64,000 nucleotides of DNA from Lama guanicoe (lineage: Eukaryota): NCBI GenBank assembly GCA_013239625.1, contig MU053934.1, forward strand, positions 520,074 to 584,073, given 5' to 3'. Below the pieces are notes generated by a model, which was not told the DNA's origin, did no database searches, and worked only from the letters and a program-made list of their open reading frames with translations. This document shows, one piece after another, positions 40,216-54,089 of the stretch; the stretch's first letter is position 1, and each line of letters begins with the position of its first letter. A program made the translations under genes and the position numbers.

Positions 40216-41859
40216 TAATAGTAACTGCCCTCTGGCCTCACTTGAAACACCTCTGCAGAGGATCTCAGCTGCATCCTACAACTGCCCATCGCACGGGTGG
40301 ACGGCTGCAGCTGCTGTAAGTCTTGCCTGGGGTACCTCCCCAGCTCCCTGTTACTCTCCCCAGAGCTGCTGGGTCTCCTCGTTGCTGTCTGCAGCATCTA
40401 CCCAGTTCGTCTTCCCCATGACTGCTCTCCACATTTTTATTGGCATCAGGGGAAGAAAAATGAAAGGAGTAGACTGCTTCCATGACAGAAGAATCTATCC
40501 CCAAAGAGGGAGCCAAGGTGGAAATTTTGCTGGAAAACTTTACTTTTATCTCAACATCAGCTTCAGAAATAGCCCAGGTCACAGATCTACCGGGAAATCA
40601 AGAAATGACTTAGAAACTAAGAAAAAGATGTTTCCTCTATGTGACCTGACAGAGAATGAATTATATATTTGTTGAAGGAACAAATGAATAAACAAATATA
40701 TTTTAGCATGCCTAAACAGAAAGCATTCTCACCATTCTACCAAACCTTGTCCAGATCCCCAAAACAGAACGTCTAGTGAGGATAAGATTTAGCAGCCCAA
40801 AGAATGAAAAGATGAAAGCTAGAGAGACCAAGTGGTTCTTTAATAAAATTCTTCATTTCCCCAGGGCCAGACTGACTGCCTTAAAGTATCTCATTTACAT
40901 GAATTTAAAAAAAGGAAAGTGATGACTGACTACCTACTAGGTATGAGGCCCTTGCATACACATCGCCCCTTTTAATCTGCACAGGAAACGCACTGTAAAG
41001 AACTGGGACCCTTCATTTTTTTCAGATGAGGTCACCCAGCCCCAGGGAGTGAAGACTTCAGGTTTCAAACCCAGATCCATGCAAAGCCCAGGCCTTTTCG
41101 GCTGCGTGTGACATAAAACTGTTCGTTCCAGTCACCTGTGGATGATTTGAGATCGTGAGAGAATGTGTCTCTAAAACGCTTCTGAGTTACACAAGCTAAG
41201 AGGCGATGCAAACCTCCAGGGAAACATCCCATATAAGAGACACACCCATACCGACCAGGTCTGGGGTTCTTTCCTACTTCATACTCAACATCTAAGTATT
41301 CGATGTAATGATATCAGAGGCAAAACAGCTAGCTCAGTACCGAACAGGCATCCTCCCCTCAAAATGGACAGCCCCCACTTAAAAGTCTAAGAAAATTCAT
41401 CGAGGACACAAACACTAAAAAAAGGATCTAATTCAGAAAAACAAAAATGATCCTAAAAATAAATACAGAATCCTTCAGCAGTTTTATTCCCGGTCCTCAA
41501 GAACTGCTTTTATGTATATTCATTTAAAATTATTTTTGGAGCCCAAGTCACTTGGGGAAAACTGTAAGTGTTATAATATGGTCTAATCTCTCCTGTTAGC
41601 TTTGATCTGTGGGAAGTTGCTCTCTAACCAATACAAAGTCAAAATTTGGTTTGAAAAGTTGCTGCATTTTTTCCCTTGCAGATATCTAATACGTGAGCAT
41701 GGTTTTACTGCTTTGAAAATGCTTTTGGATATATATCACCTTCCTTCAACTTTACAACCCTAGGTAATGGACAAACACTCCTTGTTTTTCCCTTTTACAA
41801 ATGTGTAAAAAAGTCTCACAGAGATTGGAAATGGGAGTTTCCAGTGGCAAGTGATTAAA

Positions 41860-42340
41860 AAAAAAAACTAGTCTAAACAAAACACAGAATTTAGTAGCTT
41901 ATAATCTACAAAGCTCATGTATAGATCACCCCTCAGGTAAGGTTTGATCTAGCTCTGAGGGATGGCCTACTCTCTCTCCATTTCTGAGCTCTGCTTCTAC
42001 CCAGATTGACTCCATTCCCAAATGCCAAGCTGTGGAGAGACAGTGTGAGGTAGAATGTAGCTAGAATGTGCACAGCTACATCCTTTAAGGTTCAAGCCAG
42101 TGGAAAAGAACACACATACCTCTGTCAGCAGTTGGCAAAATTCCCATCACTTTTTATTGGCTCTGACTAGGCTACATGCCCACCTGCACTACTGTGGTCA
42201 GGGATAAATGGAGTCACATGTCTCACCCAAAGTCACGTACATCATCTCCACCAAAGCTCAAGGGATGAAGGGTGAATTTCCAAAGAAAAACTGAGCAGGG
42301 TGAGTGAATGCTGAGTTGGAAAATCAAGAGGTGCCCACTA
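41860..42340 (-). mobile_element. old MLT1 LTR inserted in a MIR
   Basis: attggctctgactaggctacatgcccacc...; MIR halves at about 41690-41830 and 42340-42430. Confidence 0.55.
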
Positions 42341-43199
42341 CAGACTACGTGATTTGACCAAAGTCACACCGATGCAAGGAGACAAAATCAGGAGAGACTC
42401 GAGTACCAATCTCTGAAACTTGAGTACTCCAAAAATAGTGGCAAATTGTTTTAAAACATAGAGAGTAAATCACAAAAAGCCTTCCAAACTGCATCTCTTA
42501 GTCACAGATAACATTCTAAAATATTGATCGACTGCCTGCAGAACTTCAAAGACAGCCAAGTTCCTTTTACAAAATATAAATTTTGTAAAATTATACAAGG
42601 TGACCATTATCTAAATCCAAATCCCTTTATAGCTCTGAATGGCTCCTCACCATCTGGAAAGTCGGAACAGCGTACTCAAAAGGAAAAAGGAAAAGCTTTT
42701 TGACCTACTTTTGTCCCTCCACTAATGTACAGCACTGACTCCCATTTATTAAGTCCCATCAGTGCATGCTACCGCGCTGGCTATTTTGCAACTCTAAAAT
42801 GACACCTATTATTCAGTTTGAGATTAGAATCTCAAGCAAGAGGGCCTTTTTTAATAAAAAATAAAATTAAAAATAGATTTGCCTTTGCCTCTTTAATGAA
42901 ACCAGTAGCTCTGCCGGCTTAGAGGGGAAATGACAGATTTCTTGGGATTTTTATATATTGATCTGAGCACTGCGTAAAAAATAAAAAGTTACCAGCATTC
43001 ATACCTTGAGAAATTGCACAACACTTCTCCTCTAAAGGCACGTACCATCCCCCAACCCTCCACAGCGGGCCTAGGCAGCCAACACATGCTCTCCCACTGA
43101 ACACGACAAACCCTCTAAAACCTGACACGCGCAGGTGGCACAGAACACCAGGTGCGTGCAGTCTGCCGGGAATGTGCCAAGTAAGAAGGCGATTTAACC

Positions 43200-43546
43200 C
43201 ATCGTTGTCCAACAGAACTTTCTGTGATGATGTAAATGGTCTACATCTGTGCTGTCCAACATCATAGCCACTAGTTACATGGGCTATTGAGATGGAGAAA
43301 CCGGAATTTTTTTTTTAATTGAAGTATAGTCAGTTTACAATGCTGTGTCAATTTCTGGTCAAAGCATAATGTTTCAGTCATCCATGTACATACATATATT
43401 CCTTTTCATTATAGGTTCCTACAAGATATTGAATATAGTTCCCTGTGCTTTACAGTCGAAACTTATTAATGAATTGGAAGTTTTAGTTAACTTTATTATA
43501 ATTATTTTCAAGTGGCTAGTGGTGACTGAATTGGAGGGCAGAACAG
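43200..43546. mobile_element. MER3 hAT MITE interrupted by an L1 tail
   Basis: gtccaacagaactttctgtgatgatg...tagccactagttacatg / gtggctagtgg...; L1 at 43307-43455. Confidence 0.85.
43307..43455 (-). mobile_element. short L1 3' tail inside MER3
   Basis: ttttttttttaattgaagtatagtcagtttacaatg...gaatatagttccctgtgc. Confidence 0.88.
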
Positions 43547-43909
43547 AAGTTGCCCTTGAAAATGTCTCCGGCATGTCATCTGCTCTCTCCCACTTGCATT
43601 TTCCATCCCAGCACACACACAAAAAAATCACCTGGTGTTCCCCAAATTGGGAATCTGTGCCTCAGGACTCTTGCAGATGCTGTTCCTCTGGCCTGGAATT
43701 TCCACTCCTCGCCTGCCTGGCAGACTCGTCTTCATCCCCCAGAGCCAGCCCGGGTTTCATTTCTCCTCTGAAGCCTTCCCTGATTTTCCCTCTCTCCCCC
43801 CACTCATGAGGCGGGTCACCCCTCCTTCTCCACCACCTCTGTGCTGACACGTATTTCTCTGGCTGTGCTCACCGTCCTGGGTCGCCAGCCTGTCCCGTCC
43901 ACAGTGGAG

Positions 43910-44160
43910 GGCAGTAGGACACAGCGGTAACAGTGATCGCTGTAGAGACAGCTCCCTAGTGTCAAATCCAAGCTCCAGTATTTATTAGTACCTGTACAAC
44001 CTCAGGCAAGTTACAGGACCTCTCTGAGCTCAATGCCCCGTCTGTAAAACGCAGTTACTAATGGCCACTCCTTTACGGCTGTTGGAAGAACTAAATGGCC
44101 GAACACAGCTAAAACATTACTAGGCTGCCCGTCAAAGAGCAAAGACTCAATAAAACTGAG
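43910..44160 (+). mobile_element. MIR SINE
   Basis: caaatccaagctcc...acctcaggcaagttac...ctctctgagctca...tctgtaaaac. Confidence 0.75.
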
Positions 44161-45619
44161 TTCCTACGCATTAGTTTCCAATAAATCATTAGACTTTGCA
44201 CCTTGGAGAACGTACTGGGTCTTAACCATCCCTGTAATCCAGAGTCAGAGTATCCTCGTTAAAGATTAAGATTATTAATCCTAAACTCAGTTCTGAATAC
44301 ACTCCATAATGCGAAACAGCCTTGCTCTAAACGTCAAACTAAGAGACTGAAAAGGAGATCTCCCCAGAGGCAAGCAACGGCAGAGGGGTGGTCTCAGGAA
44401 GATCAAAGATTTTTATGGGGGCTTATTCAAAGGGCATGCAAACAGACTACCACCCCCACCCTCCCCATACGTCCCAGCAGACCCTCTCCGCATGCCCAAC
44501 CTGGCCGAGTCTTGACCAAAAAGCTCCTGATAGAGAGAAGCCTTACCCTGCAGGTTTGGGGGCCAGTTAACAAGAACTCTAGGGGCAGTGGTCCAGCATT
44601 CACATAAGAGATATACATAAGCAACTCTAAGCTCCTACAACACTCCCTCATACTCCTAGTGTGCCCTCCTCTTTTCCTGGATAAGTGAGGGGGAGGAGGA
44701 GACCTTCAATTAACTGAAACAGCCCTGTACACCTGGATTCTAGTTATGAGCCACCTGTGCACCTGGCCCTGAAGGATGGGGAATCTCTTGAGTTCTAGGC
44801 GCCTAGGTTTCACTGGAGGCAAATAAAGATGAGCAGCAGGTGAAACAAGCATTAGAAATGGTTAAGTGTTCAATATACAGGTAAAGTCTTGTCGAGACTG
44901 CTCATTCCCCAAACTCAATGTCTTCCGCCTGCTACAAGGCTCCCTGGCAGGAGGACTCAGCCAGGAGTCTAGTAAGAGACAGCACTGAGGAGCGTGGAGC
45001 ACACAGCAAATGCTTCTCTCGTGGGACATTCTCGTTGGCTCTTTGCACACAGAGAAGCAGGTGCAAAGGTCAGCCCAGCTTCCACTTCAGGGCGAAGTAG
45101 CACTGGAATCAGAATGCAGGTGACCTATCCTCCTGGAGGCCCCTGTGCAGGAGGGTTACAGGATAACCAGTAGCGCAGCTGAGTGGTGCAAAAGAACATC
45201 TAACAAGAGGTCGGGGCTCGGCAATTTGCCTGCTGTGCGAATTGGGACACATCACCGTCCCTGTCTGGGCTTCGGTTTCCTGTTTTATAAAATTAGGGGG
45301 TTGGTTTTTAAGGAGTAAAAATGCCTTTCTGTCCCAAATGAAATCTTATGGAGAAACTCCAAGATACGGAAACACCCAGGTGGAACAGCTGTGATCAAAG
45401 TGTGTCTGTGAAGTTCGTGGATCTGCACCTACTTAAGCCGCTCTCCCTCCCTGCGAGAAAACCCAGGATCCTAGAAACTCAGGCAAGGGGATCATTAAGA
45501 AACTAGATCAGCATCTTTCTAAGATCACATTAAATCGGAACTTTCAATTGTTACTTACAATGGACCTTATGACACCTCTCTAAATGGAGGGGATAAGAAA
45601 TAAGATTGATAACCTCATT

Positions 45620-46175
45620 TAAAACTTCATTATGAAGAATGTCAAAATGTTCAAAGCAAGAGGGAATCCTCCATACACCTGTGACCCAGCAGCAACACCA
45701 TCAAGTCACGGTCAGCGTCTTGCTTTCTCTCTCCCCTACCAATTCCCATACCCCTGAGATTACTCTGAAGCAAAACTCCCATGTATTATCCATCTAGCTA
45801 TAAAATATTTCAATATATTTATTTGAAAGATAGAGATTCTGAAAAACTAGACCGCAGTTTCATTACCACACTAGGAAAAAAAAAACATGAATTTTTTATC
45901 ATCTGACATCCAAGTGTCCAAGATCACTGTTCATTATTTTTTTTCTTCTAACAATTAATCTGATGAAGAACTAGGTCATTCTTCTAGTCTCCCACTGCCT
46001 GGATTTTCACGATTGCATCTCTGTTTGTCATTGAATACGAATGTCTGCCCTCTCTACTTCTGGTAATTTCAGAGTTAGATCCAGGGTCTTGACCAGATTC
46101 AAGTTCCATCAGGAAACACATAACATCTGGTTGTTTCTCTTTTTTGTGCTGTTGGCAGCCATGAATGATCACTTT
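45620..46175 (-). mobile_element. old L1M (L1MC/L1ME-like) fragment
   Basis: ttattctgaagcaaa-like, aaatatttcaatat, gttagatccagggtcttgaccagattcaag motifs. Confidence 0.6.
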
Positions 46176-49100
46176 CTATATCAGGCTGTTTTCCAGCTTC
46201 TTATGTATCTTCCAAAATGGTCCATACATACATCAATGCAGAAAGCTATAGTTTTGAATTCTTACCCAAATTGCATTAAACCCCACTATTGTTCTGAAAC
46301 CCTTCATTTAATAATGAGAGTATTGGGTTTTTTTAATTAAAAATTCAATAAGATACACTTAACATGTTAACAATTACAGCTTAAATTCTGGCACGTGTCC
46401 AGAATAGCATTTCATACATAGTAAGTGACTGGTAAATAGTTCTCAGGGAAATAAGCAAAACTAGTAAACCAGGTGGATTTCCAAAAAGTAGTGATGTACC
46501 ACCAACTAACTCGCACAAGGGCTCCACCAGGCGTGCTGTGTGTTACATCCCAGTCTCCTAAAAATTTCCACTGTCAGGTTACAAATCAGAAAAAGCCAAG
46601 AAAATCCCATTCCTCACCACTTCACATTTTTTTTTAAACAACTGCGAAAAACCCCACATGATTTCAACTTTTACTGCCTTAACTCAGCCGTTCCATCAGT
46701 CTTCTCCTCCCCCAAACAGCCTGAGCATAAACCACAGCCCCCGCCTCCCTGATCAATAATCAAGCCAGTGATTCCCACCGCCCCCACTAATGCTAACTGG
46801 TGGTTACAAAATTAGCAGCCTGCTTCCATGTAGTAGCGCCTTCAGGACCCCAAACGATCAATGCCACCGTTCCACTTCATGACTTGGAACTTATCCTGGC
46901 GAGAAGCAGCTACTCCCTTACAGTCAATTAATTGTCCCATAAAAGAAGCCAGGGATACGAGCAATCAAAATTAAATCAGGCAACACAGACTTTTTTTAAG
47001 TCCTCAGTAGGCCTGTTTTTTTTTTAGACCACAAGGATACTAACCCTTGTATTAACTGTGAAAGCTCAGAGTATAAACAAGTGCGTGCTTATCAGGAAAA
47101 GACTAACCAAAAATCTCCCACCCAGTGTATCTCAGCCACCCCAGAATTTTCCATGACGACTCTGTTTACATCACAAGGAGGGGAACAATATGGCAGCCAA
47201 GTGATTTTTAAAACCAGGCTGACAGGCCGGAGGAGGCAGCGGAACAAGACTGGGCAGGCGTTCAGAGCTTTCAGCCAGCAGCGCTACTCCATCCTCCCTG
47301 CTCCTCAAGGGCCGCTGAACCACTCGAAGTGAGAACCATTCCCTCCAGGATTAAAGAAGAGAAGGAAAGAGGCCCCTTGTTATAACCTGTCCCCACAGCG
47401 GGGGCCCACCCCCAGCCTGACCCTGGTTCTGCCTCTGTCAGAGGGAAGGGGCTCTTCCCAAAGCCCCAAGGAGACCACGGAGCCCCGCACTCCTTGCCTG
47501 CTGCCGGCACTGGACGCTCATCCTTGTGGTCTCACCAAAGGCATGCCCGCCATTTAAAGATCCCTGATCCTGAATAAACTGGTATTCAACTCATTGCTCA
47601 GAGAGAGTACCCTGCGTCCATCCCAGAGGGACTTGGGTTCAAGTCCTTGATTCACCCCCTAACTAGCCATGGGCAATACCTTATCTGAGACATCTCTTCT
47701 GGTCTCCAAACTGGAGGACCATATTCACGACCTCCTAAACGTTCTAAAAAGGATGAAGAGGACTGATCCCATGATCAAGGCTAATTCCATTCTTCTTTCT
47801 TCTCTACTCCACCCTACCCTGTTCCACTCTGCTCCCGAATTCTTCATCCGCTTCTCCCCTCTACTTCATCTGCACCTGACATGGAGGACAGTCCCTGGAC
47901 CACTCACCCAGCAAGCACATGCTCTGGCACAGGGACCATGCACAGAAAAACAAGCAGGAGAGACCTCCAAGCCCTGTGCCATTTCTGGTCGAGGGGCGAC
48001 AGTGCGTCATTAGTCTCGATCACCAGGGAATGCCTTTGCCTCCCTGAGTCAGCCCAGCACGGGACGCTGCCTCAAAAAAACCCGTCCCCTAAACTCCAGG
48101 TCCTGCAGACACAGGCAGGTCCACTCCACAGACACCCCAACCACCTGCATGGGCAAGGCACACAAACGACATTTTTTCATGAACCAGTAACTCTCCGCTC
48201 CACCATCCAGCCTCCCACCGACTTCACCATATCTTCAATAGCACCCATATTTCCAGGGAGGTATGGGTTCGAGCCCGGGGATTGGCGGCAAAATCAGGAA
48301 CTCCAGCGTACTGGAACAGACTTCAGGGAGGACTAACCCTTCCAGCAAGCAATGGAATACGTTATAACCGGGTAGCCCTCACTGACAACACACTACATAG
48401 TAGCCACAGGGCCAAGAGTTTTAAATATATTTAATTTCTGTAGCTCTTATGACAACCCCATGGTGTTGGCATGGTTATTATCTCAATTTTCCCCATGCGG
48501 AAACATAAAGGCATACAGGGATTAAATTATAAGCCCCAGGTCACACGGCTGGTCACAGGGAGAGACAGGATGGGAACCCCGGATCTGTGGCCTTAGGTCT
48601 TTTGCAAGTGAAAAATAAAAGGAGGCCCACACTTCTGCCTGAGGAACCCCCCCAGCCACAACCACACAAATTTAAATCCATCCGGAGAAAAGGCATATTA
48701 ACTCCCTGGACTGAGGAAGGGATCCAGGCCCCAGGCCCCACCACCAATAATACAGTCTTCAAACAGGGACCTCCCCTCTTCTAAACAGTCTCTTCCCACC
48801 TGGAAGATGACGGCCCTAAATAACAGCTCTCACATTCTAGGATTATTCGTGAGGACACAGGGGGCCGTCTTAAGGCTTTGGGACTTGAAGTCAGAAGGAC
48901 CTAGTTCAAACCTAGGCTGTGAAACCGAGTGACCGTGGGTGGGTAATTTAGCCTCTCTGGGTCTCCTTTCCTCCTTTGCGAAAGGGGATGATAATGACTT
49001 TGCTGTCAGTGCTAAATGAGGCAGTGCAGGCTCATGCTGAATACAGCGTCTGGTATCTAAGACCCAGAGATGTGGGAGACGGTGGTACTGCTATCACCAC

Positions 49101-50044
49101 CACCACCATCACCGTTGTCATCATCATCGTGATCTGAAATTCCACAAAGGAACGCCTCCTGCCTTTTACATGTAAGACCTCCGAACCTTATTTGGAAGGA
49201 GAATCTGGCTAACACATCTTCCAATTTATATCCTTGAGCAACTCAGGCTGACTCAGAGTGGAGGGGATAGGGTAAATGGCTTAGCAGCTGGATCCTGGTC
49301 CCCTCACCTGGGGGAGGCAGGGGCTTTGTCGGCTCCCTTCCCAATTCTAATTCCTCCCTCACCTCCAGCCAGCCCCTCCCACCACACTCTCACTCCCAAG
49401 ACCCTACCTGTAACCTAACAGGTCTTTAATAAACACTCCGCCCTAACAAGTCTACAACTGCTGAATGATAAGGACAAGGTTCCTATGGCAACCCTGGTTT
49501 CTGAAGTTGGGGCAGTGGGGGGAGGGTACTTTAACACCTGGCTCACGTTGCATGAAACACCTTGACACTGCGTGTGACTGTTTTTCTCCACAATGAGAGG
49601 CGGCCTTACCCTTTCACAGCACGTGGCCACTTACAAGGCGCTCTCACAGGCATTACCTACTCACGTGAGATGAGAGATGACTGACTCGTTTGACAAATTA
49701 AGAACCTCACAATGAGAGTTGCTAGGAGCTCACATGTAGTAAGATCAAGACAAGACCTTGGGTCTCGACTCTCACATCAGCGCTCTCCTGCCTCTCAGAG
49801 GCGTCCACCTCCTCCTCCATCAGCCCGGTCCCCCAGGCTTTCCCTTTCTCTCACCTTCATGCCTTGAGGCACATACACCCCAACCCCTGTATTTTGCTTT
49901 CTATCACATTCTGGTTTGTTTCAACCACCAACAAGCGTATGTATGGCTTAGTCTTGCAATTAAACTGTGCACTCTTGAAAGCAGGGTTCATGCTAAACAT
50001 GGTGTGACATCTGTTAAGCAGCAACCACCTTAGTTCACTAAAGT

Positions 50045-50295
50045 GTAGTGATTAGGAGTTTGAGCTTCGGAGTTACAGTATGATACGTGACTTAATGTAA
50101 CAAAAATCTACGTTTGAATCCCAGTTCCAATGCTACGAAGCTGTGTGATCTTAGGGAAGTTGCTGAACTCCTCTGTGACTTCATTTCCTTGTGGGTTTAA
50201 TGGAGTAATAACAGTGCTGATCTCTTAAGGTTATTGTGAGAACTAATGGGAGCCTGACTCAGGTAACACAGAGTAAGCTCTTAGAAACGTAATAC
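50045..50295 (+). mobile_element. MIR SINE
   Basis: tttgaatcccagttcc...gctgtgtgatcttagggaagttgctgaactcctctgtg. Confidence 0.8.
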
Positions 50296-50298
50296 TAT

Positions 50299-50299
50299 T

Positions 50300-50335
<36 letters not shown>
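50299..50335 (+). repeat. (ATG)n microsatellite, about 12 units
   Basis: direct inspection. Confidence 0.95.
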
Positions 50336-50337
<2 letters not shown>

Positions 50338-50640
50338 GAACCAACATTATCACAATGTTATAGTTAATACAACTGAAGTTCAGCGCTCTGGATCTCGCCC
50401 AGGGCCACACAGCAAATAAGCATGGCAGCCCAGGAGGGAATTTCAAGATGCCACCTCCTGCTTCTACTTCTTTTATAATCCCCACAATGCACAACAGACA
50501 CGGTGCTTAGTGATACCCAGAAACTACAGAATGTGACACCTGTCAGGAGTGAGTCATCCGGGAAAGCCTTTCATTTTGCAGATTAGAAGAATCAGGCCCA
50601 GCAGATAACACATCTGCTCACTAGTGTTCAGCTAGTAACA

Positions 50641-50697
50641 CAGTTGTCCCTCAGTATCCACCGGGGATTGCTTCCAGGACCTCCGCCGCCCACAGAC
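50641..50697 (+). mobile_element. MER2 (Tigger) left terminus only
   Basis: cagttgtccctcagtatccaccggggattgcttccaggacc resembles the MER2 end. Confidence 0.7.
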
Positions 50698-50772
50698 ATA
50701 TACTGAATCATGATGCTGTGCACCAGAAACTAACACAACACTGTACATCAACTCTATTTCAATTTTAAAAAA
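50698..50772 (+). mobile_element. very short L1 3' tail
   Basis: actgaatcatgatgctgtgcaccagaaactaacacaacactgtacatcaactctatttcaattttaaaaaa. Confidence 0.8.
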
Positions 50773-51784
50773 GGGGGGGAGGCATAGCTTTGCTCTAGTG
50801 GGTGCAGTCATAAAGCAGGAATTCTACGCCCAATTATCCTTGTAAGGTTTACGGAGGAGGCTGGAGGCAGAGAGCGGGGCTCTGGCTGTTACCTGTGAAG
50901 ACACAGCAGTTCCTCGCACGCCCTGGGAGAGGCGGCGGTCTGGTCAGTTTTGTGAACTGCACGGTGCTCTTGTTTTTCTCTGTGCTCTGTCTCAATCACG
51001 GAGTGGCCTTGTCTGTGTCTCATTTGATCACCATCACACAGTGACCTTGTCACACGTCAGTGTGCTGTGAAATTCCTCATGCCCAACAGGAGAATACCAG
51101 AGCCCAGCTATCAGAGCCAGCCCAGCTCCAAGCTGCCAGCGCTCAGAAGGGGCTGGCGTTTCATTTGTTTTCTTTTCTTGGTCATCTGTTCAACTCTCCA
51201 CAGTATCTGTTTGTGTCAGGCAATTTCAAAGGGGGGTCTCGGTGCAAAATAAAGACCCCCAACCCTTAAAGAGATGACATTCCAATGTGGGAACAAAATG
51301 ATTAAAAATAAACATAATGCATTGAAAAAAAATTAATCCTACAGGATGTTAGAGGGCAGTAAGGGCTATGGAAGGAAAGGAAAACAGAGCAGAGGGAAGG
51401 GGACCGGGAATGCCGGGCAAGGAAGCGACATAAGCAGGGCTTCCAGAGGAGGCTGCCTCCCTGTGCAACATAAACAGAGGCTCGAGGACCCGGAGAAGGT
51501 GACCGTGAAAATTAGCGTCCTCGTCCCAGTTCAGAGATGAGAAAAGTGAGACTTGGGGAGGTCTGAGAACATGTCCAGGATCACCGACCAGCAATTACGT
51601 GATGGAGCCGGGGGCACCCGCGTCTCCAGGTGACTCTGTGTCACAATCTGCCCTGACAACAGCAAACAGGACCTATGGCCATCCTGGTGCAGAACTGAAA
51701 GCAGGAATGACTCCAGACTTGTGGGGAAGAGCCTCTGCTTTCCCTTCTCACACAGGCTTACAATACACATCTGTGCATCCGTAC

Positions 51785-52357
51785 TGCAGGGGACCAGAAG
51801 ATGCCCCCTCAAAAGATGCCACTCCGGTGTAAGGTCAATTCTGAGCAGAAGGCGCTGAGAAAAAGCAGACACAGGGTGAGGCCTCTGCCCACTCCCTATG
51901 GCCTGAAAGCAGGGCATAAATTCCCCCATGAAGGTGTCCCCGAGAACATCCTTATCAGAGATGGAGATGCCACCGAGAAGAATGGACATAAACCAACCTT
52001 GCTACATAGCCTTTTCTGCCATGACTATCCCCCATATATTGACCTTCCCACGATTTACTGACCCTAAAAACCCCAGCAACCCCTTTCCTTCGTCTTGTCG
52101 TTTCTCTACAGATCTATCATCCTTTGTCAGAACTGTATACAAAGCTTTCCACCCTAGCTGCTTCTTTGGAGATTTTCTCCTCTTCCCATGAAGTCTCCAC
52201 CTACCCCTGCCCCACTCCTGTGCCAGGTAAAACTCTGAACATCCAATATCAAAATGTGTACCCTTTTCTCCTGTTTATCTGTCTTTTGTCAGTTTCTTTC
52301 ACAGGCCTGGCCACTGAGTCTAACCGGGTAGAAGAAAATGTTTCTTCCCCTGTTACA
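51785..52357 (+). mobile_element. MER34-family (ERV1) solo LTR
   Basis: tgcaggggaccagaagatgccccctcaaaagatgcc...gcctgaaagcagggcataaatt...cttttctcctgtttatctgtcttttgtcagt...taca; 4-bp flanks gtac/gttc. Confidence 0.85.
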
Positions 52358-52808
52358 GTTCCAACCTACTAAGAGTTTACCCTGGGCAGCCGAGCTGTGT
52401 GCTGCACAATTCATACGTTATCTCAGTGACCCCGAGACCGGAAGTCCAACCATTCGCCTCATTCAGTAGACACAAGGCTATAAACGTGAAGTCCCTGTTC
52501 AATATCACAGAGCTGGTAAGAGGGAGGGTCTCCTCTCAAACTCCAGCTACCTAGTTCCATAGCTGCACCTGACTGGCAAAACAGCACACGCCAGTATGTT
52601 TACAGATGTATGTGTGTGTATACAATCCCTAGTAATATCTACAGCACACAGTGTTGAGACAAAGTAAGTGAGCCTAGGGCAGCAAGGACACCTCCCTTCC
52701 CACGTAAGCTGTGCTAGAAAGAGCTTGGTGCGGAAGCGTGTTCACAAGCACAGGATGTGGGGATGTCTTCTGTATCCTCTTTGAGGATGGGTACTAAACA
52801 GTCACTCG

Positions 52809-53114
52809 GTGGATGGATGGATGGATGGATAGGTGGACGGATGGACAGATGGATGGATGGATGGACGAATGGGTAGATGGATGGATGGATGGATGGGAAG
52901 ATGAATGGATGGATGGATGGATGGATGGATGGATGGATGGATGGATAGATGGATAGATGGATGGATGGATGGGTGGATGGATGAGTGGGTGGATGGATGG
53001 ACAGGGGGTGGATAAATGGTGAGAAATGAAAGTACATGTTTATGAGATGGATGGATGGATGGGTAGATGGGTGAATGGATGGGTGGGTAGGTGGGTGGAT
53101 GGATAGGTGGATGG
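52809..53114 (+). repeat. (GGAT)n microsatellite, degenerate
   Basis: direct inspection; source of spurious HPSI-repeat ORFs. Confidence 0.95.
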
Positions 53115-54089
53115 AAGCACTTCCTTCTGCACTCCAGGGACCCTCCCCCACCCCCAAGAACACTTGCTGATTCACGTGGACAAGAGGAAGCAGGTGTGAA
53201 AGTGAAACTGCTCTCAGTGTGTCCCCCAGCTAATCCCAGCCAGGCAGGCAGGAAGGCAGTAGGCACCCAGCCCAGCCTCACAGGACACTCCTTTTAGATG
53301 CTGAATAAGAATATTCAGTTTCTTGTGGGGATTAAGTCATCTACCAAGGCACTCTAGAATTCACTCTGAAACCTAGCTGTATCCCCCAAAAAAAAAGAAA
53401 AAAGAAAAAAACCCAAATACAATCAAACAGCTAACAAAGTTATAATTGATGAATGCAATTACTAATGTGCTTTAAAAAAAAAAAAAGAACTTGCCCTGGA
53501 TATGAAAGACAAGCCATGACGGACTGGTCAGGAGGCTTTGTCAAATATAAAACAAATTTGAAAATTAAAGTGACTATTAATGACTTTAGCAGTAGCCAGC
53601 AAGAGAAAACAAAACAAAGCAAAACTTATTCTTGGAGCATCAGTTTCAGTCTCTCATGAGAAGGCCTCTTTTTATATCTCGAGAGCTGACCTTTTACTCA
53701 TCTGCTGACATCAGCCCTCTCCATCATAGTCCTTATTAAAAAAAAAAAACACAAAGTTAAACCCCCAGTGCTCTAATCAAGCTCCGTTACGCATTTGAAG
53801 GGTAACCTTCACAGAAAAGAGGCCACTTGATAAATTCCAGGAAAGTAAAAATGAAACAAAATGGAAAAGACGGTCTAATCAACACGGCTAATTACAAAGG
53901 AAGAGTAAATCGCATTTTCCCCCCTAAATGTCTCTGGTTTATTTAAAAAGAAAAAAAAAACAAATCTAACAAAGATGCCCTTTGTCATTGGTCTGAGTAA
54001 GTACAGAAGGCATCTCCTGGGAGACAGCTGTGACTTTTACGTATAAAACCAAAGAGGTTAGCTTTGAAATCGCCTTTCACATATTTCCT

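Noticed and set aside
42565..42590. 11-bp AT-rich inverted repeat ttttacaaaat-ataa-attttgtaaaa
   Set aside because: Short and low-complexity; expected by chance.
50243..50494. Poly-His ORF
   Set aside because: Reverse translation of the (ATG)n microsatellite between MIRs.
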